Shown: piece after piece, positions 11,035-23,416 of the stretch
How positions within the stretch are numbered: position 1 is the stretch's first letter
How the letters are laid out: every line of letters begins with the position of its first letter
Made by a program: the position numbers and the translations under genes
Notes under the pieces: model-generated
Seen by the model: the letters and a program-made list of their open reading frames with translations, nothing else
Told to the model about the DNA's origin: nothing
The model's database searches: none
NCBI RefSeq assembly: GCF_001194135.2
Contig: NC_068995.1
Coordinates: 18,604,803 to 18,642,904 of the forward strand
DNA from: Octopus bimaculoides
Taxonomy: Eukaryota
Length of the DNA stretch: 38,102 nucleotides
Reading direction: 5' to 3'

Positions 11035-11524
11035 ATATNNNNNNNNNNNNNNNNNNNNNNNNNNNNNNNNNNNNNNNNNNNNNNNNNNNNNNNNNNNNNN
11101 NNNNNNNNNNNNNNNNNNNNNNNNNNNNNNNNNNNNNNNNNNNNNNNNNNNNNNNNNNNNNNNNNNNNNNNNNNNNNNNNNNNNNNNNNNNNNNNNNNNN
11201 NNNNNNNNNNNNNNNNNNNNNNNNNNNNNNNNNNNNNNNNNNNNNNNNNNNNNNNNNNNNNNNNNNNNNNNNNNNNNNNNNNNNNNNNNNNNNNNNNNNN
11301 NNNNNNNNNNNNNNNNNNNNNNNNNNNNNNNNNNNNNNNNNNNNNATATATACATACATACATACATAATATAGCGAGTGAGGTAGATAGATAGAATGAT
11401 ATATATAGTTGTATATATACCCATACATATATAAACACATACACACTGAAACACAGCACAGCACATACACACTCACGCGCGCGCGCACACTCAAATATAC
11501 ATACATATATATACATGATCTTTT

Positions 11525-11710
11525 TATTCTATTATTCTTATACGTGTTTCAGACTGAGGGCATAATGTAGCTCCGCCTTAAAGGGTTTTGGTCGAAAATT
11601 CCACCCCAGGTTATGATGACGTAAACACACGAACACTGGTTGTCAAAGGGTGAAGGTTGGACAAACACAGACACAAAAGACACACTCGCATATATATGCA
11701 TATATACACA
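11525..11710 (-). mobile_element. SINE family 2, 3' fragment
   Basis: Shares gacgtaaacac..cactggttgtcaa..ggacaaacacagacac with 12596-12990 and 21955-22275. Confidence 0.55.
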
Positions 11711-11837
11711 CACTCGCACATGACTGAAGTTAATAGTTATCCCATTAAACATCATTTTATGTTTATTCTTTTAGATGTTCATACTTTCTATTAATTGAAA
11801 TTTTTATGTTTCAAGTTCAGTATGTGACTGTTTAATC

Positions 11838-12348
11838 ATGCCATGTACAAAAGAAGCCATGGAACTGTCTGAATTACAAAGAGGCCATATTTTGGGTTCT
11901 TCTGGAGATGGACGTAGTCAGTGTAAAATCTCAGATAGTCTTGGGATCCCGCTTTCTACATACAGTTATTAGAGTGATTGTGCAATTCACCAGAGTAGTT
12001 AAGGAGTCACAACACCTCGCCCAGGACCCATCACTTTGTTAACAGAAGTGTGGGGCATAATTCTGGTTGCAAAATCCCTGACATAGCAGAACACGTTGAT
12101 GTCAGTACCAGAACAGCTGCGAGGTATATTCACAAACTTGGTTACTATGGCAGAGCAGCAAGAAGGAAGCCACTTCTTTGACCAGTCAATAGCAAGCGGA
12201 GAAAAGATTGGGGCAGTGAGATGGTGGAGAGGCGACTAGTGTTTAGCGACACTGTCATATTCTGCAACGAGTCCAGATTTGCTGTATTTTCGACAGTGGT
12301 CGAGTGTCAGTCTTGAGACTCTGTGATCAAGCATTTGACTTGAATAGA
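11838..12348 (+). mobile_element. Tc1-like transposase remnant (N-terminal HTH to the start of the DDE domain), deleted and truncated
   Basis: MPCTKEAMELSELQRGHILG..GRSQCKISDSLGIPLST (Tc1 paired-like HTH), TPRPGP (GRPR-like), VSTRTAARYIHKLGYYGRAARRKPLL*, TVIFCNESRF (VxFSDESKF with the catalytic D changed to N). No TIR found. Confidence 0.8.
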
Positions 12349-12351
12349 TAT

Positions 12352-12352
12352 T

Positions 12353-12440
<88 letters not shown>
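12352..12440. repeat. (TACA)n(CA)n microsatellite, internal part of a family 2 SINE
   Basis: Direct. Confidence 0.9.
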
Positions 12441-12441
<1 letters not shown>

Positions 12442-12595
12442 TACGGCGGGATTCTTTCAATTTCTGTCTACCACATCCACTCACAATTCTTCAGTCGACA
12501 CGAATTCACTTGCCCGAAATATCACGCAGTGGGATTAAACCTAGAACCAAGTACTTGGCGAGCTTCTTACAACACAGCTACGCCTGCACCTGTAT
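12440..12595 (-). mobile_element. SINE family 2, 5' (tRNA-like head) half
   Basis: Collinear with 12830-12990 (ttc(a)gtttcc.tctac.a.at.cactcac...gtgg...aac...cttctta.cacacagc). Confidence 0.7.
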
Positions 12596-12990
12596 TTTAG
12601 ATTGTGGCCATGCTGGGGCTACGCCTTGAAGAATTGAATTTGAATGAATGGACCTCAGAACATAATTTTGTAAAAGTACTGGTACTTATTCTATCGCTTT
12701 CTTTTGCCTAACCGCTAGATTATAGGGAGATAAACACACATCACTTCACAGCCGATAGTGGAGGACAAACACTAACTTAAAGACAAACAGATACACATAC
12801 ACACACGCACACACACACATACACACGAATATACGACGGGATTTTTTCAGTTTCCGCCTACAAAATTCACTCAAAAGACTTTGGTCCACCCGAGTCTATA
12901 GGAAAATATTACTCTCCCAAGGTGCAATGCTGTGAAACTGGTCACAGAATAATGTGGATGGGAAGCAAACTTCTTATCACACAGCGAGCC
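12596..12990 (-). mobile_element. SINE family 2, near full-length, with internal CA microsatellite
   Basis: Reverse complement of the 25945-26370 copy; head with A/B-box-like motifs, internal (CA)n, conserved ggtacttattctatcg 3' block. Confidence 0.75.
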
Positions 12991-14458
12991 TAAATGCATA
13001 CACACGCGCCTACTACACGTACATTCACGCTCTCTCCTCCCTCTCTCTCTCTCAGTCTCACACTCACACACGCATACACATGCACATACATACGCACAAA
13101 CACAGAAAGTGAGGACAGAGGCACTAAATTTCTAAGAAAGAGTGATTCTAATAGGGAATGAGAAAACTATAGCCGTAACCACGCTTGTCGCACCTACATT
13201 TTATTCTATGCTTATACATTGCTTATAAGTAAAATTGATTTGTATCTGTTCCTTTGATGACATGATTGTAATTTGTGGAAAAAAATATTGTTCATAAAAT
13301 TCAATTAGCGATCTTATTACAAAGCAGCCAACGCTACTCTTCCCCCCTTTCAGCATCGTTCTTTTACACCACCAGGCATGCACACATACTCTTTGGTACC
13401 ATTTTTAACTCTTTTTTTTTTATACCCCCTTCTCACACTTCCAGCCTATATGTTTTTTTCTTCTCAAATACCTCATATAGTAATTTTCTATGTCTCTTTT
13501 CTTCTCCCTTACACACATTCGACCTCGTTTATTTAGCCACTCAGTATTGCAGAATAAGAAAAAAATAATGATAATAAATAATCGGAAAATAACTGGTTTA
13601 CAAGGCCATGTCTCAGAATTTCCTGTCACTACATTACTCTTGGATAACTAGTTCCATTTTTTTAAAAAAAATATTTCTATTTTCTCTTCGTCGTCATTAT
13701 AGCTTGTCATCATAGCACCCTTCCACCGCATCTTAATAATTGTTCTCGTATTTGTCATTGACAACAACTTTCTTCTCGTGTCCTCCTCCACCTTCTCCTC
13801 CTCATCCTTCATCTCTCCCTCCTCCTCCTCCCATTCCTCCTCCGCATCGTCATCAACGTTCTAACAGTTACGTTATGCTCCTTCCCCTCCTCATACCTGT
13901 CACTATCGCGCCTATCACCCGCTTCCACTACATTCAACACCACCCCTACAGCCAACGTCACCGCCGACATTATCAGCAACACTGTCAGCGTATTTGCTTA
14001 GTTTCAGTTTCTTCTCATCAAATTCTGAAAAATTAAATTCCCGGGAACGGAGACAAAATCACAACAACAACAACAACATCGACAAAAAGCATGGACTTTA
14101 ATTGTCTGGAATTAAACTTTGAGACAACGAGTGTGTATGTCTTCCTTTATTCTTTTTGTTGTTTTCATTGTTAATTTTATTCTTATCTGTAATATTATTA
14201 CTATTATTATTATTGTTGTTACAATTCTTATTGCTATTATTGTTTCGTTGTTAATAAAAGATAATGTCTGTTTTTAATTAAAATTTTAAATTAGCCTAAT
14301 ATCTTGTACATTCATATAGTACACGATATAAGATATTAGACAGAGATGGGAGGTGGTATTTTTCCAGTTCTTGTTTAGAGAATTTTATTTCGTTCCCTTT
14401 TATTGGTTTGTGCTTTGGCTTTTAATTTATTTCACTCTTATTTTCATTGTTCTTAACG

Positions 14459-14493
<35 letters not shown>

Positions 14494-15757
14494 CTGTTTC
14501 GTTATCCGTTATTTCGATGCCAAATCAAAATAGACAATTGACACACCAAGAACAAAGATGCTATGAGAGGAATGTGGCAGACGCCTTATAATTTTAGAAA
14601 TATCATTCAAAGGGCTAGTAGTAGTAGTAGTGCACACTTGGTGGCTGAATGGTTTTAGTGTGAAATTTAGATACTTCTGTTTAAATTTATTTTTTCTCAC
14701 TTTCCCACAATCTAAAAAAATTCAGCACAATTCAAGTTATTTTCAATCAGAAACTTCCAGCAATAGTAAATAGTGAGAAAATAGTGAAGGTGCAGTGGTT
14801 TCAGACAATGAATCGAACGACGGACGAAATATATTTTACAATAATCCTACCCTTTTCAGGAAACTCCGCTTCTCTCCTATTTGCTGTATAATTATGTCAT
14901 ACTGGTAAAACACTCTCCCTATCGATCACTGTTACTGGAGTAATTTAATTCGCACGCATACAAACTATTTATAGAGCCTCTTATATTAGGAACGTTTTTT
15001 ACCTTCGCTGCATAGATGAGTACGTATAGGCTAGCTGCATTGTCATTGCTTTCTTTATGCTTTACTGTCTTTTGGACATTTTATTCTTGTGTTAAAACAC
15101 TCTTGTATGATTTGAGTGTAATTTCTAGTAATAATATATTACTTTGCTGCGCATTTCATGAAGTGCGCTCTCCCTTGATCCTCAAGTGTAAATCCCACAT
15201 GTTCCGGTTACAATGCTTCTAAAATCACGTCATGCAATGTTATTCCTTCTTTTGAAACTATAGCGAGTTGATTGTTTCGTTTTCTGTTTCGAGGAGGTGG
15301 AACGAAATTGTAAATACTTCCTCGTTGTCTCTGTCCAAATGAGATTTGACAGTTGCAAGATTGTTGTATAAATCAGTTAAGGACCATTCATATTAAACCG
15401 AATAAATAACAATGCATGACTTGATTTATATAATGGTGGGATATCCAATAAGTCGTTGATGGTTTCCGGATGTTATTTAGCCATAGATCATATCGGATCG
15501 AAATAGCCTGCAACACTATTGACATAGATTGTGCGGTCTTTGTACTTAAACTTATTCCTGGGTATATTTGAAATGTCGACCTCAATTGAAATATATGTTT
15601 TTTCTTTAAAACTTTATGTAATTATCGATTTGCAATTTGGATACCCAAATAACAATAAATGACTTAAAAGCGTTATTAAATGAATGACGGTTCTTAATTT
15701 ATTTCAGTGCAAAATGTTGGGATTTACTGAATTACAAGAAATATTAATTATTATCAT

Positions 15758-16205
15758 GGCGGCGAGCTGGTCGAATCGTTAGCACATCGAGCAAAATGGT
15801 TAGCATCATTTTGTCTGCCTTTATACTTTCTGAGTTCAAATTCCACTGAGGTCGAATTTACCTTTCATTCTTTCGGGATCGCTAAAATAAGTAACTGTTG
15901 GCGACGGGGGCTGATATAATCGATGTACACGCTTCCTCGAATTTGCTGGCCTTGTGTCAAAATTTTAAATCAATAATAATTATATAGTGGCGGCAAGCTG
16001 ATAGAATCTTTATCACGCCGAGTAAAATGCTTAGCGTTATTTATTTTTTCTTCACGTTCTGAGATCAAATTCCGCGGAGGTTGAGGTTACGTTTCATCTA
16101 TTCGGGATCAATAAAATAAGTACCACTCGAGCACTGGCATCGATGTGCTTCACGTATACCTTCCACCGAACTTAGAAGTCTAACGCCAAAATCTGTATCC
16201 AATAT
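15758..16205 (+). mobile_element. Two tandem SINE family 1 copies (15758-15970, 15989-16205)
   Basis: ggcggcgagctggtcgaatcgttagc...ctgagttcaaattcc...gaggtcga...cctttcat..tttcgggatc...aaaataagta, repeated twice. The central block resembles the Meta/Nin SINE domain as I recall it. Confidence 0.8.
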
Positions 16206-16329
16206 TAATCAGAGATGAAACAAAATATATAAGTAATACGCAAACCTTCACTCATTCGCTGTGGAAACTTCTTTATAGAAATTTCTAAACATAAAATTAC
16301 CAGGAAAATCTTAATGAAGATTCGTGCAG

Positions 16330-16520
16330 TAATGTGTTTCAAATTTTAGCAGAAGGCCATCAGATTTGAATGAAGGGCTACATTGATTAAATCGACCCCA
16401 GTGTTTAAATGGTATTTATTTTATCGACCCCGAGAAGATGAAAGGCAAGCCCGACGGAAAAAATGCCTCTAAAAATTTTGCTCAGCTTGCTAATGACTCT
16501 GACAGCTGACCGCCTTGGTT
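16330..16520 (-). mobile_element. SINE family 1 copy, inverted relative to the preceding pair
   Basis: atcgaccccagtg...ggtatttattttatcgaccccgagaagatgaaaggcaag...gctaatgactctgacagctgaccgcc is the reverse complement of the family 1 body and head. Confidence 0.7.
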
Positions 16521-16694
16521 CGAGCAGTAAAATGCAGTCAAGTGTGTATCATAACTTTCCTAACACTGTTTCTGTGTGACAATAACTGAGAGTTCGGTAA
16601 GTCCAGTACAGGAAACACATTATATCAAGCTTAACTCTGTTATCTCAGTTACTACCAACCCACGTAGCTACCTACACACACACACACGCACGCA

Positions 16695-16738
<44 letters not shown>

Positions 16739-17381
16739 TATACACACACACACACACCCAGACACCCCACTCACACACGCAAAATAACTTCTCATGAAAA
16801 TTAGAAAAAGTGAAATATGAAATTACATAGATGAAAGGATATGCTACCTTTGAATGCTCGAAGAAATGTTTTAGTGAGATGAATCACAACGTACATAAAT
16901 GTATATTAAATTTAAACTGCAGTAATTAGGAGTTAATTGACTGCATTTATTCTAAACACTAAGCTTTACTAAGCTCTTTATAATATGCCTATATAACTAT
17001 ATGCATGCATATACACACAATACATAATTGCATACACACATATCTGTGTGTGTATTTTTGTGTTTGGCTGTGTGAGTGTTTGTGTTTATACGTTATGTAT
17101 GTATGCACTGTGCCCTAGAGATAAATTCCCCATATATTTATTTAAAACCTGTATGTGGAATTTATCGATTTAAAATAGCTCCTATTTTCATATTAATGCC
17201 AATACACTTGAAATCTGCAGTCATTTGAAATTCCTAGAATATATACGTGTACGTTGATATGTTTTTAAATATTCTATGTATAAACATATACGCGCGCACA
17301 TACATATAAATCTATAAACGTATGTCATCTATTCATCTATCTATCTATCTCTCCCAATACATACATACATACACACGTATT

Positions 17382-17435
<54 letters not shown>

Positions 17436-18571
17436 TATCTATGTATATATACGTACATGTGAACATACCATTGAAGCTATAAAGGTTGTAACATTTATAG
17501 GAATTAGCTGCCATTCCCTCGTTACTCTCCGTTTCCTTTTGTCTATCTGATATATAATATATAGAGATAACACCCCGATGTCTTTTAAACTTCTTCCTGT
17601 ATTTTCGAATCGTTTATCCAAGGTGTGACTAAAATGAAACTATTGCCGTACTTATATATGGTACACAAAGTATTCTGAAGATACTCAAGCACATTTATAG
17701 GAATCTAACTTATTCACAAATAATACATGCGTTCGATAGATAATGAATCACAGACGTCAGTAATCTAATTACTATAAGCGCACGTATGTATACACACACG
17801 CAAACACACACACCTATAATAATAAATATGCATATATTCATAAATAAATAAATACATAAGTATATATGTATGTAGAGAGAGAGAGATAGAAAAAGAGAGA
17901 AGACATTTTTATTTATTTAATGACTTGTCATCCATAGACTTACGGCCGTTTCACTGACGTCGTCATGTAATAACATTTTCCGTGTATTATAAAATATGCT
18001 TACATGTCTGCACTAATATGCATCGGATGCATTATTCAAGACAGTAGTATATCCAGAAATCAATGATAAAGTAAGGTAACTCGTAAGATCATCAGAACAA
18101 CATGCGCAGAAATGGTCACAAGGATGACAAGTGCTTGCACTGATATATTCATCTTCTGACTTGTTAAAGCTTACATACTACTCATGAAAAAAACTTAATC
18201 GTTCGGATCCCTCGGATTTCTGATGCATGAAAATCTGCATTGTACTCTTTGTTGGATTACTATGTGGCTGTTAACCGAATCCGCTAGATGAACTGTCGTT
18301 ATTAGAAGAGGAAGTTGTAGTAGATCAGAAGGAAATTCTGTATATTATTGAAATTCTGTATATTATTGACAGGCACAAAATTGCTCTGCTTGCAGTCATA
18401 AAGTGCGAAAAATTATATAAGTGCATCAGTAGCAGTAGAAATGCAACGCTGGTGAAATTGCTGAATGATGCTTTCTCTGAAGATTCTACTTATTCAGTAA
18501 AGTGTCATGACTCGCACTCTTTATGCACATTAAAAGAATAGATAGAATATAATTATTATAAGCTTACATAA

Positions 18572-18980
18572 GGTGCCGAGGTGGCAGAATCGTTAGCATA
18601 CAGGACGAAATTCTTAGCGCTATTTCGCCCGTTGCTATGTTCTGAGTTCAAATTCCTCCGAGGTCTACTTTGCCTTTCATCCTCACGTGGTCGATAAATT
18701 AATTACTAGTGAAATACTTGGGTTGATGCAATCGACTAGACCCTCCTCCATATTTCAGACCTTGTGCCTATATTAGAATCGATTATTATATGCTTACATA
18801 AGGTAGCTAGCTGGCCGAATCGTTAGCGTACTGGGTAAAATACTTAGCTGCGTTTCGTCGAGTTCGACTGTGCCTTTTATCTTATATGGCTCGATAAAAT
18901 AAGTGCAAGGTGAGCATTTTGGTTGCTGTAACTGACTTATTCCCTCCACCGAAATTGTTGGCTTTGTGCCAAAAATTATA
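18572..18980 (+). mobile_element. Two tandem SINE family 1 copies (18572-18780, 18802-18980)
   Basis: gtggcagaatcgttagc...gttctgagttcaaattcc...gaggtctactttgcctttcatcc...gtcgataaatt, followed by a second, internally deleted copy. Confidence 0.8.
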
Positions 18981-20559
18981 ATATGTTTACATTATCATAT
19001 GTTTGCATTATTATATAGGTTATTATAACAGAGATACATTTTCGTAATTAACCCTATACACCTAGATGCACACACACATATGGATGTATATGTAGGTATG
19101 TTTGCAAATATGTGAGTATATATATGAGTTTGCATAAAAAAAAAGTTAACCTAATAAAGTGCTGTTTAAGGGAGGCTTAAGTTAATTGTTACAAGTATGC
19201 TATTTCGTTGAATCTATTAAATAATTCAAATCATATGTATTTTAAAAGTAAATATTGCGGTAGAATTTTCAAAGGTTTAACCTAATGTGGATCCATATGA
19301 CATTGATCGATTGGCTATTTTCATACTTTGAGTTCAGTGAATCAATGTATCAAAATATTCGGCTCATAAATGTCCAACAAGGTTCTCTATAAGAATTAAC
19401 CGGTTTCTAGAAAGAAGATGCGTGTTACGATTTTGCAGATATATTTTCTTTCCATATAAATACACTCTGAATTGCTTTCTTCAATTAGCTCGTCTAAGCA
19501 ATATTGCTCTGAGTATAGTTTATAAAGCTCTTTCATAGATTCCTGTATTCAAGATATATTCCTGAGGTATTTTGAATAAAAAATTATATATTTGTATGTG
19601 TGTATGTATCTATTTACGTCTATATGTTTATGAGTTGTGTCTCACTACCTACCAACATTTGACGTCAGCGAGTGACTTGAACTGACATAAATGAAGAGGA
19701 TTATAATGAATTCGTACCATTTGGCGATATATAACTATATTTTAAACAAAACATGACAAGTCATAAAAAACATAGATTATCATTTTTAAGAGACTGTTAT
19801 TCCGCTGGAGAAATTTATATTTATACTACAAGTCATTTTATATATACGCAAATACAAACACACCGCCTTACATTCATGCGAACATACACAAGAAGACTTT
19901 GCCACTTACGCACACACACATATTGTATACATGCATCTATATACATATATATCAATGTAACTATATNNNNNNNNNNNNNNNNNNNNNNNNNNNNNNNNNN
20001 NNNNNNNNNNNNNNNNNNNNNNNNNNNNNNNNNNNNNNNNNNNNNNNNNNNNNNNNNNNNNNNNNNNNNNNNNNNNNNNNNNNNNNNNNNNNNNNNNNNN
20101 NNNNNNNNNNNNNNNNNNNNNNNNNNNNNNNNNNNNNNNNNNNNNNNNNNNNNNNNNNNNNNNNNNNNNNNNNNNNNNNNNNNNNNNNNNNNNNNNNNNN
20201 NNNNNNNNNNNNNNNNNNNNNNNNNNATATATATATATATATACGTACATATATATGTCCGTGACAGTGCTTCGATATAAATATGATTGTGTGAAGGAAT
20301 ATTTTTTTGATATCCTTTGATATATATTTCCATAAATCGTGTAGATTGAATGGAATAAAAATCAGCAAATGAATGTTTCATTTTCTTGGAAACCGTCCTT
20401 ACAAACGAACACATCAAAGACAATTTCTGAAAGGAGACATAAAATATTGCATAACAAAGGAATAATTCTTCATATATTCACTTTGACATTTATAACCTAA
20501 ATCTTCTTTTCCTCACATAAACATATAACTATATAATTACAAGACAAACACCTCATAGG

Positions 20560-21110
20560 AAGTTGTACGTACACACATTCACACACACACACACACACAC
20601 AGACACACACATATACACCCACATGCACGCACGCACAAATCTCTCACACACATACATACATACATACATTCAACACACATATAAAGTTTGTGTGTTGCGT
20701 ATCTATATATTTATCTGTAAAATACATATATATGCATCCGCAAACGTATTCATAGATATCTATGTATTTATATTTATACATACACACACATATGTACACA
20801 TGTCTTTATAGATATATATATATATATATGATATCTATCTATCTATCGATATGTGTGTGTGTGTGCTTGTGTATGTATGTTCATATGTACAAGCACGCAT
20901 ATTTGCCTACGTATGAACATACATGTTATAACACATAAACAAATATACCTACAGAAACACAGGCGTATATGAGTGTATACACATATGCACACACGCACAC
21001 ACGCACACACGCACACATACTTGCCCGCATCTTCATATACATATGAATATACATATACATACACACACACACATATATATATATATACGTGCATACATAC
21101 ATACATACAC
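20560..21110. repeat. Extended degenerate CA/TA/TACA microsatellite field (similar fields at ~21340-21420 and 21810-21945)
   Basis: Direct; source of the HT/YI/CV low-complexity ORFs. Confidence 0.85.
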
Positions 21111-21954
21111 ACGCTTAGATTCTCATATTTACAGATATATATGTATGTGATGTTGTACAGCTTTATATCCGTATTATTTATATTTTTTATCTGTATTTAT
21201 CAATGAACCAATCAGACGATCACTATTTTTACATTCGTACTAATACATATACCATAGGAAATACAAAGAGAAAATGAACTAGTATATATCTGTGCGTATG
21301 TGTGTGAAAGTATATTCTAACAGAAGCTTATAAACATATATAAATGTGTGTGTGTTCTTATATATGTATGTATGCATGTATGTATATATGTACGTACGTG
21401 TGTGTGTGTATGTATGCATATTTGTATGTTTGTATTTTATGGACGGACCTCATCGTGAGAGGAAGAGCATTCACAATGTAAATAGAGTGCTTAATACTTG
21501 GCGAAATATATTTAAAAAAACGGTAATATATTTCATGAATAGTTTAAATTTTTGATGACCTCAATTATTTTCATTCTACTAAAGACTTTAAACATGACTG
21601 CTAGATTCATATGTATTTTACAATGAATATGCGAGGAAACAAAAAGAAGCGAGAATGCAGGTAATTACAAATGAAACTCCAGGAGATATTGGGTGTGGTA
21701 CAACTCAAAGTGTTTCTTGTTAAATATCCACCCACTTAACATATGAACTAGAGCGAGGCAAACAATGCCAATTCGATCACAAGAAATAACTGAAAAAATT
21801 ATAATGCAATATGTACACATACATATATATATAAATATATATGTGTATATATATATATATATATACATATATGTGCATACATACATATATACATGCATAT
21901 ATATACATACATATATACACACACATATATATGTATATATTTACATATGTCTAG

Positions 21955-22275
21955 TGTTGTATTTATTTCAGTCATTTTAGACTGGGCCACCACCTTGAAG
22001 CATTTTGGTCGTATGAATCGACCCCAGTAGTGTTATTTATTTATTGAAGCCTAGTACTTATTCTATCGGTTATTTTGTCAAACTGTTAAGTTACCAGGAC
22101 ATAAACACGAAAACACTGGTTTTTCAAGCGTTGGTTTAGAACAAACACAGACACAAACACACTAACACAGACACAAGGAAACAAACATAGTCACAATGAC
22201 ATAAGTTCAGACACACACATATTCAGACATATATATATTTATATAGGATATGCTTCTTTCAGTACCTTTCAATGA
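21955..22275 (-). mobile_element. SINE family 2, 3' portion
   Basis: caccaccttgaag..atcgaccccag..agcctagtacttattctatcgg..aaacacagacac..gcttctttcagt matches 12596-12850. Confidence 0.7.
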
Positions 22276-22523
22276 AATCCTGGCTATTGTTTCTACTTAT
22301 AGTGAAGAAAATGCCTAAATATAATTTTCTTGAAAAATGTTTAGGGAATATTCTGTTCAAAAATTATTTTAAAAACTCATTCGAATGGTGCAATGTAAAC
22401 ATTTCAGAAAGCAGAGTACTTCAATGAGATAAAGTGACTGAGATTAAACTAACATATATCGCAAAATTATATGTCAGGATGATGCAAAATGTCGCATTTC
22501 CGAAATTATATACATATATATTT

Positions 22524-22690
22524 TTCCTGAACCAGTAATGAGAGATCGATGCTTGGTGGGTCGAAACTTTTGCATGATTGATTAAAATTCTCGTATCTTC
22601 TATCTACCATTTCTCTCATTAACCAAGCATACAACGCTTGTGAAAGTGAATGTGCATTACCTGTAAGCGACCAGGCATATACCATAGTCT
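22524..22690 (+). mobile_element. Penelope pLTR / retrozyme-like module with a deleted hammerhead core (copy B)
   Basis: Shares ttcctgaaccagt, at(c/t)gatgct..tg.gtcgaaac, tgatt..taaa(a)ttctcgtat and tgtgaaagtga..gtgc.ttacc.gtaagc.accagg...accat with the reverse complement of 6864-7048. About 20 nt covering the 5' strand of stem I and the core are missing. Confidence 0.6.
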
Positions 22691-23029
22691 TATTATCTAA
22701 TAAGTACATATAGGTATATATATATGTATGATTGTTAGAGAGATAACAAACGCTAAGGCAAGGCAAACATCTCAAGTGATATACGTTATTATTATTGAAT
22801 AAGAAAGTTCAGACTCTTATATCAGTTTCTGGGAAATTGTAGAGAATGGGATATTTCATTATCGAAGACAAATAGGGAAAATGTGAAGGGTATAGATTAA
22901 TGACATGGTGACATAGAGAACAGGAGTAAAGGAATAAAGAGATGAAGAATAAAGAAGCATAATAATTACCAGTTCAACTTTCTGATCGTGTGGATGTAAG
23001 TCAGTAAGTCCTTAGGTGCAATCCTGCGA

Positions 23030-23076
<47 letters not shown>

Positions 23077-23361
23077 NNNNNNNNNNNNNNNNNNNNNNNN
23101 NNNNNNNNNNNNNNNNNNNNNNNNNNNNNNNNNNNNNNNNNNNNNNNNNNNNNNNNNNNNNNNNNNNNNNNNNNNNNNNNNNNNNNNNNNNNNNNNNNNN
23201 NNNNNNNNNNNNNNNNNNNNNNNNNNNNNNNNNNNNNNNNNNNNNNNNNNNNNNNNNNNNNNNNNNNNNNNNNNNNNNNNNNNNNNNNNNNNNNNNNNNN
23301 NNNNNNNNNNNNNNNNNNNNNNNNNNNNNNNNNNNNNNNNNNNNNNNNNNNNNNNNNNNNN

Positions 23362-23397
<36 letters not shown>

Positions 23398-23416
23398 TAT
23401 GTAGGTAGGTAGGTAC

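Noticed and set aside
14091-14134. Possible first coding exon ATG GAC TTT...(MDFNCLELNFETTS) followed by GTATGT
   Set aside because: A plausible donor and start in a pyrimidine-rich context, but no recognisable protein and no downstream exon could be linked.
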